Source: Actinomycetes bacterium KLBMP 9797
GTDB lineage: Bacteria > Actinomycetota > Actinomycetes > Mycobacteriales > Micromonosporaceae
DNA: 24,000 nt
Reading direction: 5' to 3'
Assembly (NCBI GenBank): GCA_037414955.1
Contig: JBBEWH010000028.1
Span: 26,429 to 50,428, forward strand
The notes under the pieces are model-generated. The model was not told where the DNA came from, searched no databases, and saw only the letters and a list, made by a program, of their open reading frames with translations. Below are positions 21,582 through 24,000 of the stretch, one piece after another; the stretch's first letter is position 1; every line of letters begins with the position of its first letter. The position numbers and the translations under genes are program-made.

Positions 21582-22334
21582 ATGCCGGTGATCCGGATGT
21601 TGGGACCGCTGGAGATCGGTGAGGACCCGGGATGGTATACCGTGCCGACCCGCCGCAAGCAGCGCGAACTGCTCGCGCTGTTGCTGGCGCGGGTCGGCGC
21701 GGTGGTGAGCTCCGACCAGATCATGGACAGCCTTTGGGGTGCCCGGCCGCCGGCCTCGGCGCGGGCCAACCTACACACCTACGTGTCGGGGCTGCGGCAG
21801 ATCATGGCGAGAGCGGCACCGTCGTCCACCGCGCGGCCGGAGTTCGTGCGGTACGGCTACCGGCTGCGCCTGTTGCCCGACGAGTGTGACGCGACGGTGT
21901 TCGAGCGCTTGGCCGGCGAAGGGCGGGCGGCGCTGGCCCAGCGCCGGCCGGCGGTCGCGGTCGAGCAGCTCACCCAAGCGCTGGCGCTGTGGCGTGGGCC
22001 GGTACTGGAAGGGGTCGAGCGGCACGACTGGCTCACGCCGACGGTCGCCCGCTTGGAAGAGGGCCGGCTGTCGGCGCTGGAGGACCTTGTCCAGGGCCGC
22101 ATCGTCCTGGGGCAGTACGCCGGGCTGGCGGTCGAACTGGTGGCCGCGACCGCCCGGCACCCGCTGCGGGAACGGCTCTGGGAGCAGCTGATGGTGACGC
22201 TGCACCGCACCGGGCGGCGGACGGAGGCGCTGTCCGCGTACGACCGGCTGCACGAGCTGCTGCACCGCGAGCTCGGCGCCGCCCCGAGCGCAACCGTCCG
22301 CCAGCTGCGTAGCCGCATCCTCGCGGACACCTGA
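21582..22334 (+). CDS. SARP (AfsR/DnrI/RedD) family transcriptional regulator: OmpR-type winged helix plus BTAD
   Basis: ORF track 21492..22334. ATG 21582 follows GGGAGG. Motifs: MLGPLEI..., RRKQRELLALLLARVGAVVSSDQIMDSLWG, ARANLHTYVSGLRQ, then the BTAD region (ALALWRGPVLEGV... HPLRERLWEQLMVTLHRTGRRTEALSAYDRLHELLHRELGAAPSATVRQL). Confidence 0.85.
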   Translation: MPVIRMLGPLEIGEDPGWYTVPTRRKQRELLALLLARVGAVVSSDQIMDSLWGARPPASARANLHTYVSGLRQIMARAAPSSTARPEFVRYGYRLRLLPDECDATVFERLAGEGRAALAQRRPAVAVEQLTQALALWRGPVLEGVERHDWLTPTVARLEEGRLSALEDLVQGRIVLGQYAGLAVELVAATARHPLRERLWEQLMVTLHRTGRRTEALSAYDRLHELLHRELGAAPSATVRQLRSRILADT

Positions 22335-22400
22335 CCCACCCGACCACTCCGCCACGACATGACCTGGCCCGGCACCAACGGTCCGCCGACTGCGGTAAGG

Positions 22401-22439
22401 CCCTTCGGGCGTGCTCCGTTTCGGAACACGCCCGAAGGG
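22401..22439. terminator. Bidirectional intrinsic-terminator-like hairpin between the convergent SARP and RHS genes
   Basis: CCCTTCGGGCGTG (22401-22413) pairs with CACGCCCGAAGGG (22427-22439). The inner TCCG-TTT-CGGA extends the stem to ~17 bp with one mismatch. Confidence 0.7.
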
Positions 22440-22445
22440 TGCGCA

Positions 22446-24000
22446 CTATCCCAGAATGCTGCTGATCGCCCCTCCCGCAGTCGTTACGAGGCCGAGCCCC
22501 GCTCCGTAGAGGCAGCCTTGGCCGAGCGAACCGCCATCGACGTGGGCCCAAAGGCCGCTGCTCACACAGCCACCTGCGGCTGTTGCCCCGATGGCGGCGC
22601 CGATGGGGCCGCCAAGACCGAAACCGATGACAGCGCCGATCGCGGCGGCGGCTAACGTGATTACCCCGATTCCCGCGATCTCCACCCAGGTCGCCAGACC
22701 TGTGGGGTCGACGAAGGTGATCGGGTTGGCCAGGGCGTAGGTGTACGGGTTGGGCTCCTGCTGGGACGGGTCGGGCTGGGTGAAGCGGGCCAGCAGCGGA
22801 TCGTGCTGCCGGTGCCCGACCGCGTACGTGCCGTGGGCGTCCTTGAGCTGGAACGCGCCGATCCAGCGGAACGGGTTGCCATCTGCGGCCCGCCCGGTGG
22901 CGGTCGTCGTGCCGTACGGCGTGTACGTGTAGCGGGCCGCTTCCTGGTGATTCGTGTCAACCAGCATCAGCGTCGAGCCCTGGTAGTCGGTGACCGCGTA
23001 CAGGATCTCGCCAGCGCCGGTGACCTGGCCGACCAGGGTGCCCGCGCTGTCGCGCGCGAACATCGACCGTTGCCCGTTCGTGGTCACCCCGGTGACACCG
23101 ATCGCGGTGTTGTTCAGCAGCTGTTCGGTCGTGCCAGTGCGGATCACGGCCCGCTGCGACTGGTCCACCGTGTCGTACGTGAAGCCGATCGTCGGCGCGT
23201 TCCGGCTGGCCAGCGACGTGAGCTGGTTGGTGCTGCTGTAGCCGCCGGTCAGCTCACCGCCGGAGCCGTGGGTCAGGTTGCCGGCGCCGTCATGGGTGTA
23301 GGTGACGCCCTGCGAAACGTCGACCTGTCCGGCCGCGTTGATGGTGAAGTGGCGGCCCTCGGCCGAGGTGAGATTCGACGCGCTGTCCAATGTGTAGCTC
23401 AGCGGCCCCTGGGTCAGCAGCTGGTTCTGGTCGTCGTACCGGTAGCTGATCGTCTGCCCCTCGCGGGTCTCCGACTGTAGGAGCATGGTGTCGCCGGCCG
23501 CGCCGTCCCACCGGTACCCGCGATCCAGCAGCCTGGTGCCGTCGGGCCGCTCGGCGATCAACGCGGTCGGCCGGCCGGCGGCGTCGTACGTGGTACGGAC
23601 GCGGAACTCACCGGGGAAGCGGGTGCGGATGCGGCGGTCGTCGTTGTCGTACTCGAAGATGGCCCACAACCCCTCGCGCGGCCCGGACTGGAACGTCAAC
23701 CGGTTGGCCTTGTCGTAGGTGTACTTGATCCGGCCGCCGGGGTCCTCGATGTCGGTCAGGTTGAGGTTGGCGTCGTAGGTGTAGTGGGTGTCGTACCGGA
23801 CCGCGCCCCGGATGTTGCGCGCCTCCACGACCTGGTTGCGCGGGTTGTACCGCAGCTGCACGCCGGAGTCGCCGAAGTACCGCCCGACCAGGTTTCCGCT
23901 GGCGTCGAAGTTGTTGTACTGCAGGGGTGTGTAGACGCCGGCCACGGTCTGGCCGATCTCCACCAGGCGGTCCATCACGTCGTACCGGTAGCTGACTTTG
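22446..24000 (-). CDS. RHS/YD-repeat protein (5' end beyond the window) with an 82-aa Gly/Ala-rich hydrophobic C-terminal tip
   Basis: The frame stays open to nt 24000 (..KVSYRYDVMDRL..). YD repeats are present (YTYDANLNLTDIED, YTYDKANRLT, YRYDDQNQLL, YTHDGAGNLT). The RHS core ends at PYTYALANPITFVDPTGL (DPTGL = 22695-22709). The tip is ATWVEIAGIGVITLAAAAIGAVIGFGLGGPIGAAIGATAAGG...GAGLGLVTTAGGAISSILG. Confidence 0.85.
   Translation of the reverse strand, partial: KVSYRYDVMDRLVEIGQTVAGVYTPLQYNNFDASGNLVGRYFGDSGVQLRYNPRNQVVEARNIRGAVRYDTHYTYDANLNLTDIEDPGGRIKYTYDKANRLTFQSGPREGLWAIFEYDNDDRRIRTRFPGEFRVRTTYDAAGRPTALIAERPDGTRLLDRGYRWDGAAGDTMLLQSETREGQTISYRYDDQNQLLTQGPLSYTLDSASNLTSAEGRHFTINAAGQVDVSQGVTYTHDGAGNLTHGSGGELTGGYSSTNQLTSLASRNAPTIGFTYDTVDQSQRAVIRTGTTEQLLNNTAIGVTGVTTNGQRSMFARDSAGTLVGQVTGAGEILYAVTDYQGSTLMLVDTNHQEAARYTYTPYGTTTATGRAADGNPFRWIGAFQLKDAHGTYAVGHRQHDPLLARFTQPDPSQQEPNPYTYALANPITFVDPTGLATWVEIAGIGVITLAAAAIGAVIGFGLGGPIGAAIGATAAGGCVSSGLWAHVDGGSLGQGCLYGAGLGLVTTAGGAISSILG

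Overview
High-G+C, actinobacterial-type DNA. The right half (13.1-21.4 kb) holds a type VII (ESX-like) secretion core: a mycosin homologue, eccB, eccD and eccC. It is followed by a SARP-family regulator and a 5'-truncated RHS/YD-repeat toxin gene. The left half looks like a polymorphic-toxin/immunity region. (i) A 5'-truncated multidomain ORF has a kinase-fold domain and an RNase-A-like C-terminal tip, followed by a small putative immunity gene, and both lie in a cassette of visibly lower G+C. (ii) A co-directional array of seven uncharacterised genes (3.1-8.4 kb) includes four copies of one CxxC...CxxC domain and is punctuated by a family of ~60-bp palindromic elements. The 3' arm of these elements supplies a Shine-Dalgarno-like motif and the ATG of the next gene. 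(iii) A translationally coupled minus-strand operon encodes a YwqJ-like deaminase, a SUKH-3 immunity protein and a Pro-rich repeat protein. The observations I consider most worth follow-up are: the mycosin homologue, which keeps the catalytic Asp but has lost the His and Ser; the palindromic element family, which shows paired compensatory substitutions; the expanded Cys4 domain family; the deaminase, which has no recognisable export domain; and the RHS protein, whose tip is a glycine-zipper membrane segment with no downstream immunity gene. All family assignments come from motif recognition by eye. No database search was possible.
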